A stretch of DNA of 43,589 nucleotides, taken from IMG/VR virus record IMGVR_UViG_3300017903_000243, positions 1 to 43,589 of that record; one strand, written 5' to 3'. Shown piece after piece: positions 1 to 9,829 of this stretch. Within the stretch, counting starts at the first letter, position 1; the number at the start of each line of letters is the position of its first letter. The DNA is from a virus. Taxonomy: Duplodnaviria; Caudoviricetes. The notes below the pieces were generated by a model. The model was not told the DNA's origin. It ran no database searches and saw only the letters and a list, made by a program, of their open reading frames with translations. The position numbers and the translations under genes are program-made.

Positions 1-18
1 AAATATAACGCAGCTTAA
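1..18 (+). CDS. 3' end of upstream gene (KYNAA*), probably major capsid protein (partial)
   Basis: In-frame AAA TAT AAC GCA GCT TAA just before the GGGAGG RBS of the next gene. Capsid identity is inferred only from position before the structural/tail genes. Confidence 0.35.
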   Translation, partial: KYNAA

Positions 19-32
19 GGGAGGATTGACTT

Positions 33-560
33 ATGGCTACTTATGATATGACAGCAAAAGCAACTACTGGCGTAAACTCCGACAGTATTGCTGAAGCACG
101 ATCACGATTCCAATCAAATGGCATGTACATGCGTGAGGCTGTACTTGACTTTGATAAGATGACTGCCGCAGGTTGGACTGCTGCTAATGGTGACATCTTT
201 CAACTACTAGAGATTCCTGCTGACACTATGGTGTTATTTGCAGGTGCTTACGTTGAAGCTGCTGCTGATGGTACAACTCCAACTGTTGACATTGACTTTG
301 CTGAAGGCGATGACATTGTTGATGGTGGTGACATCTCATCTACTGGTTGGTTGGCACAAGGTACTAATGGTACTGCTATGACTACTGCAGGTACTCTTGC
401 ATTTACACAGCACGTAACAACTACAGACACAATTGACGTTAAGTTGATTGCTGCTTCTGCAGACGTTACATCTGGACGCATTCGTGTTGTCGCAGGTTGT
501 GTAGACACAGGTATCTCAGGTCGAGTACGAGCAACTGAAGTATCTCGTGACCAAATATAA
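33..560 (+). CDS. putative structural (capsid-associated/decoration) protein
   Basis: 175 aa, GGGAGG RBS, beta-rich A/G/T/D composition, followed by a strong hairpin. Position is typical of a gene after the capsid gene. Confidence 0.55.
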   Translation: MATYDMTAKATTGVNSDSIAEARSRFQSNGMYMREAVLDFDKMTAAGWTAANGDIFQLLEIPADTMVLFAGAYVEAAADGTTPTVDIDFAEGDDIVDGGDISSTGWLAQGTNGTAMTTAGTLAFTQHVTTTDTIDVKLIAASADVTSGRIRVVAGCVDTGISGRVRATEVSRDQI

Positions 561-567
561 ATACTTT

Positions 568-592
568 AAGGGGCAGGGCAACTTGCCCCTTT
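568..592 (+). terminator. Rho-independent terminator-like hairpin
   Basis: AAGGGGCAGG-GCAA-CTTGCCCCTT stem with GNRA loop and short T run, directly after the stop at 560. Confidence 0.75.
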
Positions 593-615
593 AACCTTAT
601 CTAAGGGATTTTTTC

Positions 616-1347
616 ATGGCAACTTACATAACACTGGTAAATCAACTTCTAAGACGTTTAAATGAAGTTACACTAGATACCGCAGGTGATGGATTTGACA
701 CAGTCCGTAACGTTCAGGCACTTGCTAAAGATGCTATTAATAACTCCATTAGAAATATAATACAAACAGGACAAGAGTGGTCTTTTCTTAAAACAACCTA
801 CACACAAACATTAACAGCAGGAACAAGATTATATTCTTTTCCTGCTGATTTTGCAACTGTAGACTGGGACACTTTCTATTTAAAAGAATTAGGATCTGCA
901 AACAATACACCTAGTTTTCTTCCTACAATATCTTTTGAAGAATACACGCAGAGATTTCGTGGGTTAGATGATCAAGGAGATTCTGGTTCTGGTATATCTG
1001 CACCTGAAAGAGTTTATCAAACACTAGAAGCAAAGTTTGGTGTAACTCCTGTACCAAATAATAGTTATGAAATAGAATATGTATACTGGTCATTTCCATC
1101 TGATTTAGCTTTGTTTAATGATATATCTGTTATTCCAGATAGATTTAATCATGTAGTTATTGATGGTGCTATGATGTACATGATGAGATTTAGATCTAAT
1201 GATCAAAGTGCTGCAATACATCAACAAAACTTTCAAGAAGGTATACGATCAATGAGACGAATACTTATGGATGACCCACTTGATATTAGATCTACAGTAA
1301 TACAAAGAAACAAATCGTTTAGTAACACTATCAGCAGTATTGTATAA
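616..1347 (+). CDS. tail tubular protein A / head-tail adaptor
   Basis: 243 aa. N-terminal 'YITLVNQLLRRLNE', internal 'WSFL' and 'TPVPN...YEIEYVY' are typical of podovirus adaptors; synteny. Confidence 0.7.
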   Translation: MATYITLVNQLLRRLNEVTLDTAGDGFDTVRNVQALAKDAINNSIRNIIQTGQEWSFLKTTYTQTLTAGTRLYSFPADFATVDWDTFYLKELGSANNTPSFLPTISFEEYTQRFRGLDDQGDSGSGISAPERVYQTLEAKFGVTPVPNNSYEIEYVYWSFPSDLALFNDISVIPDRFNHVVIDGAMMYMMRFRSNDQSAAIHQQNFQEGIRSMRRILMDDPLDIRSTVIQRNKSFSNTISSIV

Positions 1348-2891
1348 TGGCCGAAAATCTAGCTTCCTTTAAAGTCTTCTGTCAAGGTGGACTTAACACT
1401 AGCAGGGATGTGCTATCTCAAGGTGAAACACAACCTGGATCAGCTATTGCTCTTATTAACTATGAACCTGCTGTTACTGGTGGTTACAGAAAAATAAATG
1501 GTTTTAGTAACGACTATGGTACAGTAACAGGGCAAGCTAACACATCTGTTTTAGGTGTTTGTGTAGCTAACGGTATTAATGACGGTATATTAGCTTGTAG
1601 AAAACCTGCGTCAGGTAATAACTATTTACACTATTGGAATACTTCTACTTCAGCTTGGGTTGCTGTGACTACTTCTGGCTCACCTACAATGACAGGTGTA
1701 TCTAAAGTTAGATTTACAAGATTTAATTTTGGTAGTCCAAAGGTAATATTAACAGACGGTATAAATCCTGCAGCTACTTATGACGGTACAACATATACCC
1801 AGATTACACATGCTAATGCTCCAACAGACCCTAAGTATTCTGCCGTATTTCAAAACCATATGTTTTTAGCAGGTGATCCTGCAGAAGATACAAACTTATA
1901 TTTTAGTGCTCCTTACGCAGAAACAGACTTTAGTGCAGCAAACGGATCAGGTGTTATAAATGTAGGTTTTCCTGTTGTAGCAATAAAACCTTTTAGAGAT
2001 GCGTTATACATTTTTGGCAGTAACAACATCCGTAAACTTGTTGGAAATAACATAGCTAACTTTGTTTTAGAAACAGTTACTGATGACTTAGGATGCCTAG
2101 CTACAGACAGCGTTATAGAAATCGGTGGTGACTTACTATTCTTATCCCAAGATGGTCTACGTCCAGTTTCAGGTACAGATAAGATTGGTGACGTAAACCT
2201 AGAAACTGTGTCAAAAGATATTCAGTCTATCTTTACAGACATTGTTTTTGACATTGATCTTGATACACTCAATGCTGTAGTAATTAGACAAAAGACACAG
2301 TTTAGATACTTCTTTGGTGCTGCAGACTCACAGGGTGTTATAGGTGGATTTAGACAAACACCAAATGGGTTGCAGTTTGAATATGGGCAGTTACTAGGTA
2401 TTACAGCTACTTGTGCAGACAGCGGTTACATAGGACAGAATGAGTTTGTAATACATGGGGATAGTACAGGTAAAGTACATAGACAAGAACAAGGTAATGA
2501 CTTTGATGGCACAGACATCTTTAGTATATTTCAAACACCGTTCTTTCATATGCAAGACCCAGAGCAACGTAAAGTATTTTATACAGTAGCTACTTACTTA
2601 CGTTCTGAAGGTGATAATACAATTGTTATGTCGGCTGTTTATGATTATGAAGATGTAGATACGCTCAACCCAACAAACTTTAATCTAACAACAGAGGGCG
2701 CAGCAGCATACTATAATGAGGCAATATACGACAGCACTGCAATATTTGATGGTAATCCATCACCAGTTCAAAGAACTAATATTGAAGGATCAGGTAAATC
2801 AGCATCTTTAAAATTCGTTACTAATGATTCCAGTGCATCACACAGTATACAAGGTCTAGTGGTGACATTTGGAGTAGGAGACAGGTTATAA
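1347..2891 (+). CDS. tail tubular protein B / nozzle (beta-propeller)
   Basis: 514 aa. N-terminal 'GGLN', 'LGCLATDSV' and 'LLFLSQDG' motifs; coupled to the adaptor gene. Confidence 0.7.
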   Translation: MAENLASFKVFCQGGLNTSRDVLSQGETQPGSAIALINYEPAVTGGYRKINGFSNDYGTVTGQANTSVLGVCVANGINDGILACRKPASGNNYLHYWNTSTSAWVAVTTSGSPTMTGVSKVRFTRFNFGSPKVILTDGINPAATYDGTTYTQITHANAPTDPKYSAVFQNHMFLAGDPAEDTNLYFSAPYAETDFSAANGSGVINVGFPVVAIKPFRDALYIFGSNNIRKLVGNNIANFVLETVTDDLGCLATDSVIEIGGDLLFLSQDGLRPVSGTDKIGDVNLETVSKDIQSIFTDIVFDIDLDTLNAVVIRQKTQFRYFFGAADSQGVIGGFRQTPNGLQFEYGQLLGITATCADSGYIGQNEFVIHGDSTGKVHRQEQGNDFDGTDIFSIFQTPFFHMQDPEQRKVFYTVATYLRSEGDNTIVMSAVYDYEDVDTLNPTNFNLTTEGAAAYYNEAIYDSTAIFDGNPSPVQRTNIEGSGKSASLKFVTNDSSASHSIQGLVVTFGVGDRL

Positions 2892-2892
2892 C

Positions 2893-4896
2893 ATGGCAGG
2901 TTATTCAAGACAATCCGTAGCTGACATTATCGCTAATGCGGTTATTAAGGCTGCACCAGTAAACGCAGAGTATAACGCAATACGAGATGCGTTTGCTTTC
3001 TCAGGTGGACACAAGCACGATGGTAGTTCTACTGAAGGTGCATATGTACCTCTGATAGCTGATACTGACGCACTAAATAAAGTTGTAATAGATACATCTA
3101 ACAATAGAATAGGATTTTTTAGTGAAGTAGGTGGGGCTGCAGTAGAACAAGTACGTATTCAAGACGGTGCTATTGTTCCTGTAACTGATGATGACGTTGA
3201 CATTGGTACATCTGCATTAAAGTTTAAAGACTTGTATGTTGACGGTGTGGGATATATTGACTCTGTTACTATAACTGGTGTTGCTACACTTTCTAATGTA
3301 GATATTAATGGTGGTGCAGTAGATGGTGTAACCATTGGTGCAGCTTCTGCAGGTGCAGGTACATTTACTGATCTTACTGCTACAGGAACTACAACAGTAA
3401 CCACAGCAGACATTAACGGTGGTAACATAGACGGCACAGTTATTGGTGCTTCCACAGCAGCAGCAGGTACATTTACAGATGTAACAGCCTCTGGTACAAC
3501 TACAGTAACAACTGCAGATATAAACGGTGGTAATATTGATGGTACGGTTATTGGTGCTTCTAGTGCTGCTGCAGGTAGCTTTACAACTGTTACGACATCT
3601 GGACAAGCTACATTGGCAACTGTTGATGTCAATGGTGGTAATATTGACGGTACTATTATCGGTGCATCAAGCGCTGCTGCTATAACAGGTACAACTATTA
3701 CAGCAAGTACAGGATTTGTAGGTGATCTTTCAGGTAATATCACAGGTAATATAACTGGTAACATTACTGGTAATATTACAGGTGACGTGACAGGTAATGT
3801 AACTGCAGCTTCTGGCACATCTACATTTAACAACGTAACAGTCAATGGTACACTAGACGTTACAGGTACAACAATTGCTAACGTTACTGATCCCAGTAAT
3901 GCACAAGATGCTGCCACGAAAAATTATGTTGACACAGAAGTAGCTGCACTTGTTGACTCTGCACCTTCTGCATTAAATACACTAAATGAATTAGCTGCAG
4001 CATTAGGTGACGATGCAAACTTTAGTACAACGATTACAACTAGTATAGCTACTAAGCTACCACTTGCAGGTGGCACTATGTCTGGTGCTATAGCTATGGG
4101 TACAAACAAGATTACAGGTTTAGGTGATCCTACAGCTAACCAAGATGCAGCAACTAAAAAGTATACAACAGATACATTCTTACCACTAGCAGGTGGTACT
4201 CTAACAGGTGCAGTAGATGCAGGTAGTAACAAAATTACCGCAAGTTATACACCAAGTGCAAATTCGGACTTGACAACCAAAACATATGTTGATAGTATTC
4301 TGGGAAGTGCAACTGCAGCTTCTACTTCAGCTACAGCAGCCGCTACAAGTGCTACAGCAGCAGCAACAAGTGCAACTAACTCAGCAAATAGTGCAACAGC
4401 AGCAGCTTCTAGTGCAACATCTGCAGCAGCCAGTTTTGATTCGTTTGATGATAGATACCTTGGTGCTAAATCATCTGCACCTACTACAGACAATGACGGT
4501 GATGCCCTTCAGGTAGGAACTCTTTATTTTAACACTACTAGTAACTCTATGCAGGTCTACGGTTCTAGTGGATTTCAAGCCGCAGGTTCATCCGTAAATG
4601 GAACTTCATCAAGACAAACTTATACAGCCACAAGTGGGCAGACTACCTTTAGCATAACTTATGATGCAGGATTTGTAGATGTTTACTTAAACGGTGTAAA
4701 ACTATTAGCAGGTACAGATTTTACTGCTACGTCAGGTACAGCAGTTGTACTGGCATCGGGTGCTACAGCAGGAGATATTGTAGACATTGTAGCCTACGGT
4801 ACTTTCTCATTGTCAACCCATTATACAAAAACAGAAAGTGATGCTCGTTTTGCCCCAATAGACGATCCCATTGCTTTTGCTATTGCGTTAGGATAA
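2893..4896 (+). CDS. tail fibre protein
   Basis: 667 aa. 'GHKHDG' N-terminal anchor, ~36-aa INGGNIDGTVIGA repeats, GNIT repeats, 'APSALNTLNELAAALGDDANF', DAATK repeats and an Ala/Ser/Thr tract. Confidence 0.85.
   Translation: MAGYSRQSVADIIANAVIKAAPVNAEYNAIRDAFAFSGGHKHDGSSTEGAYVPLIADTDALNKVVIDTSNNRIGFFSEVGGAAVEQVRIQDGAIVPVTDDDVDIGTSALKFKDLYVDGVGYIDSVTITGVATLSNVDINGGAVDGVTIGAASAGAGTFTDLTATGTTTVTTADINGGNIDGTVIGASTAAAGTFTDVTASGTTTVTTADINGGNIDGTVIGASSAAAGSFTTVTTSGQATLATVDVNGGNIDGTIIGASSAAAITGTTITASTGFVGDLSGNITGNITGNITGNITGDVTGNVTAASGTSTFNNVTVNGTLDVTGTTIANVTDPSNAQDAATKNYVDTEVAALVDSAPSALNTLNELAAALGDDANFSTTITTSIATKLPLAGGTMSGAIAMGTNKITGLGDPTANQDAATKKYTTDTFLPLAGGTLTGAVDAGSNKITASYTPSANSDLTTKTYVDSILGSATAASTSATAAATSATAAATSATNSANSATAAASSATSAAASFDSFDDRYLGAKSSAPTTDNDGDALQVGTLYFNTTSNSMQVYGSSGFQAAGSSVNGTSSRQTYTATSGQTTFSITYDAGFVDVYLNGVKLLAGTDFTATSGTAVVLASGATAGDIVDIVAYGTFSLSTHYTKTESDARFAPIDDPIAFAIALG
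3301..3700 (+). repeat. coding repeat, 4 x ~36 aa (DINGGNIDGTVIGA...)
   Basis: Four degenerate copies are visible in the tail fibre translation. Confidence 0.8.
3721..3804 (+). repeat. coding tetrapeptide repeat G(N/D)(I/V/L)(T/S) x7
   Basis: GDLS GNIT GNIT GNIT GNIT GDVT GNVT. Confidence 0.8.
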
Positions 4897-4906
4897 GGAT
4901 TAAAAC

Positions 4907-5239
4907 ATGGCTAACACTTTTAAAAACGCAGTTAGTTCAGCAATAGGCACATCTCAGACAAGTGTTTATACTGTACCTGCGTCTACTACATCGACAGTCA
5001 TAGGTTTGACTGTATCAAATATACATTCATCTGCTATTACAGTAGATGTAGTTGTAACAGACACCTCTGCTTCTGCTAGTGTACACATAGTAAAAGCAGC
5101 TACTATTCCAGTAGGAGGAGCGTTAGTTCCGATAGGTGGTGATCAAAAAGTAGTATTAGAAACTACAGACATAATTAAAGTTACAAGTAATACAGCTTCA
5201 AGTGCAGATGTTATTGTGTCTGTATTAGAGCAGACGTAA
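4907..5239 (+). CDS. small tail-fibre-associated beta-sandwich protein
   Basis: 110 aa 'MANTFKN...YTVP...KVVLETTD'. This type commonly follows marine phage tail fibres; AGGA RBS. Confidence 0.6.
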   Translation: MANTFKNAVSSAIGTSQTSVYTVPASTTSTVIGLTVSNIHSSAITVDVVVTDTSASASVHIVKAATIPVGGALVPIGGDQKVVLETTDIIKVTSNTASSADVIVSVLEQT

Positions 5240-5251
5240 GGGAGATAATAG

Positions 5252-6340
5252 ATGGCGTATATAGGAAATCAACCTGCACCAGTAAATGTTGGTAGCGATA
5301 GTATCACAGACGGTTCTATTGTTAATGCTGACATTAACGCAAGTGCAGCTATTGCTATAAGTAAACTTGATGGTGTTACAGCAACTAATACAGAACTAAA
5401 TTTACTTGACGGTGTAACAGCGACAACTGCTGAATTAAATTATGTTGATGGTGTAACATCAAACGTACAAACTCAGTTAAATGCTAAACAACCTTACGCA
5501 ACAATTGCAGTTACTGTAGCTAATCCTGGATCAGGTAATAAATATTATCTTGATGGTAGTCTTCAACAATTAGCTTTACTTACACCTTCAGTAACATACA
5601 GGTTTGATCAGTCAGATAGTTCTAACTCAGGACATCCACTACTATTAAGTACAACTTCAGATGGTACTCATGGTGGTGGTAGTGCATTTACCACAGGTGT
5701 AACTGCAGTAGGTACTCCAGGTTCTGCAGGAGCTTATACAGAAGTTAAACTAGAACAAGATGCTCCCGATACTTTATACTACTACTGTTCTAGTCATAGT
5801 GGTATGGGTGGAGAGATTGATGTAAGAGCTACAGTTTCAAGTTTAAGTGACCTTAGTGTAACTGCCACAGCTTCTGAATTAAATTTACTTGACGGTGTAA
5901 CGGCAACAACTACTGAGTTAAATTATAACGATGTTACAACTTTGGGTTTAACTGAAGCAAGTAAAACTGTAACAGCAGATGCTAATGGTGTTGTAAGTTT
6001 TGACAATGGTACAATAGAAGAAAGCACAGCAGTTACTTCTAGTTCAAATGCAGCTACAATTAATCTACGTGATGGTAACGTATTTACACATACACTAACT
6101 GAAAATGTAACTTACACATTTAGTAACCCTGCTGCATCTGGTAGAGCTTCAGCATTTATTTTAAAGGTAACTCAAGATAGCACAGCAAGAACAATAACAT
6201 GGCCTACAAGTGTAGATTGGGCTGCAGCAACTGCACCTACTTTAACTACAACAAACGCAGGTGTTGATGTATTTGCATTTCTTACAGTAGATGGTGGAAC
6301 TACATATTATGGGTTCACACTAGGACAAGCAATGGGATAA
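5252..6340 (+). CDS. tail fibre-like protein A1 with 13-aa ELNLLDGVTATTA repeats and cupredoxin-like insert
   Basis: 362 aa. MAYIGNQP start, repeats, 'GHPL...YYYCSSHSGMGG', and a C-terminal domain shared with 8903-9823. Confidence 0.75.
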   Translation: MAYIGNQPAPVNVGSDSITDGSIVNADINASAAIAISKLDGVTATNTELNLLDGVTATTAELNYVDGVTSNVQTQLNAKQPYATIAVTVANPGSGNKYYLDGSLQQLALLTPSVTYRFDQSDSSNSGHPLLLSTTSDGTHGGGSAFTTGVTAVGTPGSAGAYTEVKLEQDAPDTLYYYCSSHSGMGGEIDVRATVSSLSDLSVTATASELNLLDGVTATTTELNYNDVTTLGLTEASKTVTADANGVVSFDNGTIEESTAVTSSSNAATINLRDGNVFTHTLTENVTYTFSNPAASGRASAFILKVTQDSTARTITWPTSVDWAAATAPTLTTTNAGVDVFAFLTVDGGTTYYGFTLGQAMG

Positions 6341-6344
6341 TAAT

Positions 6345-8342
6345 ATGACAGCTTCCAAAATAGTAGCCGCAGCAGCTTCTGGTGCAGGTGGCGCAGGTCT
6401 TGATGTAAATGAGGTGTTTAGCGCAACTACGTATGAGGGAAACGGCTCCTCACAAACAATTACTAACAACATTGACCTTAGTGGCGAAGGTGGTCTAGTT
6501 TGGACTAAAACTAGAGATATATCTGATTCCCATAGATTATTTGATACAGCAAGAGGTGGAAGTGTTGAGTTAGGCTCTCATGGCACAGCAGGTAATGGCG
6601 GTGGAATGAATGTCACCTTTAACTCAAATGGTTTTACGTTAGGCAATTCATCTTCAAGTAACTCTAATGGTAACGATTTTATTTCTTGGACCTTTAGAGA
6701 GCAGCCTAAATTTTTTGATATAGTTACGTATACTGGAGATGGAACAGACGCAAGACAGGTAAGCCATAACCTTGGATCATCTCCAGGTATGATTATTGTT
6801 AAAAGATATAATGACAGCGGTTATTCATGGGTAACATATCATAGAAGTTTATCTGATGGAGAGTATCTAACTCTAAATAGTTCAGATTCTGCCACTGATC
6901 CTGGGTCTAACACTATGTTTGGCACAAATGCACAACAAACAAGTGCTCATTTTACGCTTGGCAGTAATGCTAACAAAAACTTTTATAATGGTAGTGGAGC
7001 ATCTTATATAGCCTATCTATTCGCACATAACAATAACGATGGTGAGTTTGGTCCTAATGGTGATCAAGATATAATTAAGTGCGGTGGTTACTATGGTAGT
7101 AATAGTGATCAAAAAATAACACTTGGTTTTAGACCACAGCTTGTAATGGTTAAAGGACTTGGCGCTAATAGTGCGGCAGGTTGGCGTGTTGTTGATGATT
7201 TAAGAGGTGTAGAATATGATGGTGATGACTATAATTTATTCTGGAACGCTCAAGTAGAAGAAAGTGGCTTTAATTTTATAAAATTCGAAAGTGACGGTTT
7301 TACTCTACTTGGAGATATTCAATCAACCAATAGATCATACACAAGCGAATCAAACCCAAATTACATTTACGTGGCAATACGCAAAGGTTCATTAAATCCC
7401 CCATCAGCTTCAACCGATGTGTTTGATGTGAGATCAATGTCTTCATCTGAAGGTACAAAATACACCACAGGATTTAAGTCAGACTTATTTCTTAGCAGAA
7501 CAACAGCTTCATCTGGTGACTGGAGAGTGATTGACAGAGGTCGTGAGATGGGTCGTGCTTTGCCTGGAACACAAGTTGATGTGGGTATACTTAAAACAAA
7601 CGGAACTAATTCAAAGTCAGACTCAGGTCAGCCTTATTGGGTTTGGGATAACACTGGATTTTACCAAGACGGAGGAAGTGTTGGCAGTAGTCATATTGGC
7701 TATAATTGGGCGGCTGCTCCAAGTTTTTGTGATGTTGTACCTTATGCAGGAAATGGATCAAACAGAGAAATAGCTCACAGTTTAGATGCAACTCCTGAAA
7801 TGATGTGGGTAAAATGTTTTACTGATACCGCAGGTTGGATGGTCTACCATAAAGATTTAGATTCATCGAGTCCTGGTACTAAGTATTTATCCTTAAATAG
7901 TAATGGTTCAGTAGGTACTGATAACACATTTTTTAATGGTGGTAATTATCCAGGAGGCCCAAATGCAGATACATTTCATTTAGGCACAGCCACTCAGGTT
8001 AATAAAAGTGGTGAGCAATTTGTAGCCTATCTTTTTGCGAGTACTGCAGGTGTGTCTAAAGTAGGAAGCTACACTGGAAATGGAAGCACACAAACGATAG
8101 ACTGTGGTTTTAGTAGTGGAGCAAGGTTTGTTGTAATAAAAAGAGTTGATGGTAATAGTGAATGGTATACTTTCGATACAGCTAGAGGAATAGCTTCTGG
8201 AAATGAAAAAGCTTTTTATTTAAATGGAACAACCGAAGGAGTTACTGCAGATTGGATAGACCCTACCTCATCTGGATTTATAGCAGCAAATACTAGTGTT
8301 AACTTATCAGGCGCAGACTACGTCTTCTACGCAATCGCATAG
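6345..8342 (+). CDS. putative receptor-binding / tail-appendage protein B1 (YTGNG repeat domains)
   Basis: 665 aa. Repeated 'Y(T/E)G(N/D)G...HNLG..P.M...K' beta modules; paralogue of 9830-11818. Confidence 0.7.
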   Translation: MTASKIVAAAASGAGGAGLDVNEVFSATTYEGNGSSQTITNNIDLSGEGGLVWTKTRDISDSHRLFDTARGGSVELGSHGTAGNGGGMNVTFNSNGFTLGNSSSSNSNGNDFISWTFREQPKFFDIVTYTGDGTDARQVSHNLGSSPGMIIVKRYNDSGYSWVTYHRSLSDGEYLTLNSSDSATDPGSNTMFGTNAQQTSAHFTLGSNANKNFYNGSGASYIAYLFAHNNNDGEFGPNGDQDIIKCGGYYGSNSDQKITLGFRPQLVMVKGLGANSAAGWRVVDDLRGVEYDGDDYNLFWNAQVEESGFNFIKFESDGFTLLGDIQSTNRSYTSESNPNYIYVAIRKGSLNPPSASTDVFDVRSMSSSEGTKYTTGFKSDLFLSRTTASSGDWRVIDRGREMGRALPGTQVDVGILKTNGTNSKSDSGQPYWVWDNTGFYQDGGSVGSSHIGYNWAAAPSFCDVVPYAGNGSNREIAHSLDATPEMMWVKCFTDTAGWMVYHKDLDSSSPGTKYLSLNSNGSVGTDNTFFNGGNYPGGPNADTFHLGTATQVNKSGEQFVAYLFASTAGVSKVGSYTGNGSTQTIDCGFSSGARFVVIKRVDGNSEWYTFDTARGIASGNEKAFYLNGTTEGVTADWIDPTSSGFIAANTSVNLSGADYVFYAIA

Positions 8343-8385
8343 AGTGATCAAGATAACAATCAACTGACGAAAGGAGTATCAACTA

Positions 8386-8883
8386 ATGTCAGAATACAGA
8401 AACAGAACAACAGGCGAAGTTAAAAGCCAAGGGCAATGGAGAGCAGCCTTTCCAAATATGTCTCTTCCAAAAGTGTGGAACAGCAATGTCTGTGACGCTA
8501 TGAATCTAGACCCAGTGTTAGCAAGCCCTGCGGCTACAACAACAGCATACCAGACAAGTGTACGTGATGGTGTCGAGCAAGACAGCAATGGCAACTGGGT
8601 TGAGAAGTATGTAGCTAGAGAGATGTTTGCTGATACTACTGAGGATGGAGTAACTACTACCAAAGCAGAACACGAAGCAGCGTATCAAGCTACACTAGAT
8701 GCTAATACTGCAACTACAAATAGAGCCACACGAAATGCTAAACTCGCAGAGACAGACTTCTATGCACTGTCAGATGTTACAATGTCTAGCGAAATGACAA
8801 CATACAGACAGGCACTACGTGATCTACCTGATCATAGCAACTGGCCTAACTTGGAAGATGTTGACTGGCCTACAAAGCCGTAA
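8386..8883 (+). CDS. tail fibre assembly chaperone
   Basis: C-terminal 'RATRNAKLAETDF...YRQALRDLP...WPTKP' signature; AAGGAG RBS. Confidence 0.8.
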   Translation: MSEYRNRTTGEVKSQGQWRAAFPNMSLPKVWNSNVCDAMNLDPVLASPAATTTAYQTSVRDGVEQDSNGNWVEKYVAREMFADTTEDGVTTTKAEHEAAYQATLDANTATTNRATRNAKLAETDFYALSDVTMSSEMTTYRQALRDLPDHSNWPNLEDVDWPTKP

Positions 8884-8902
8884 TAAATAGAGGATAAACA
8901 AC

Positions 8903-9823
8903 ATGGGTAAACCTAGAGATTTAGCAGATTTAGTTGCTACTGGAAATATATTAGCTGACGGTGCAGTTGCTCCTGCTGAATTGACAGGTGTTACGTCTAC
9001 AGCATCAGAACTAAACATACTAGATGGAGTAACTGCAACTGCAGCAGAGTTGAACTTACTTGATGGTGTCACTGCTACCACTGCAGAACTTAATCATGTA
9101 GACGGTGTTACATCTAATGTGCAAACACAGATGGATGCTAAAGCTCCTATAGCAAGCCCAACGTTTACTGGCACTGCTACTGCCCCTACTGTCAATGCCT
9201 CTACAGCCTTACAGATAGGTGGTGTAGCAGTAACAGCTACGGCTGCAGAGCTAAACAAGATGGACGGTGTAACTGTTAGTGCATCTGATATAAACTCTGT
9301 AACAACAAAAGTTGCTTCTTTGTCAGATTTAAGTGTAACTGCTACAGCATCAGAACTTAATATTATGGATGGGGTTACAGCTACTACAGCAGAACTTAAC
9401 TATAATGACATTACAACTCTAGGCACATCACAAGCTAGTAAAGTAGTTACTGCAGATGCAAATGGTGATATAACTTTATTAGAAGAACTAAAAGCTAAAT
9501 CATATAACGAAACATATGTAAGTTTATCTGCTGCTTCTAGTGTTACCATTGACTGTGAAACAGGAAACGTATTTGCTTTAACTACAGGACAAAATACAAC
9601 GTTTACATTTAGTAACCCACCTGCTTCAGGTACAGCTTATGGCTTTACACTTAAACTAACATCAGGTGGATCACACACTATAACATACCCTGCTAGTGTA
9701 GACTTTGCAGGTGGTACAGCCCCAGATGCTCCTGCATCAGGTGAGACTGACGTACTTGTATTTATTACAGTAGACGGTGGCACTAACTGGTATGGTGCTT
9801 TAGCAATTGATGCGGCAGGATAA
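8903..9823 (+). CDS. tail fibre-like protein A2 (paralogue of 5252-6340)
   Basis: 306 aa. Same 13-aa repeats and the same 'FSNP..SG...TVDGGT' C-terminal domain. Confidence 0.75.
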   Translation: MGKPRDLADLVATGNILADGAVAPAELTGVTSTASELNILDGVTATAAELNLLDGVTATTAELNHVDGVTSNVQTQMDAKAPIASPTFTGTATAPTVNASTALQIGGVAVTATAAELNKMDGVTVSASDINSVTTKVASLSDLSVTATASELNIMDGVTATTAELNYNDITTLGTSQASKVVTADANGDITLLEELKAKSYNETYVSLSAASSVTIDCETGNVFALTTGQNTTFTFSNPPASGTAYGFTLKLTSGGSHTITYPASVDFAGGTAPDAPASGETDVLVFITVDGGTNWYGALAIDAAG

Positions 9824-9829
9824 TAACGA

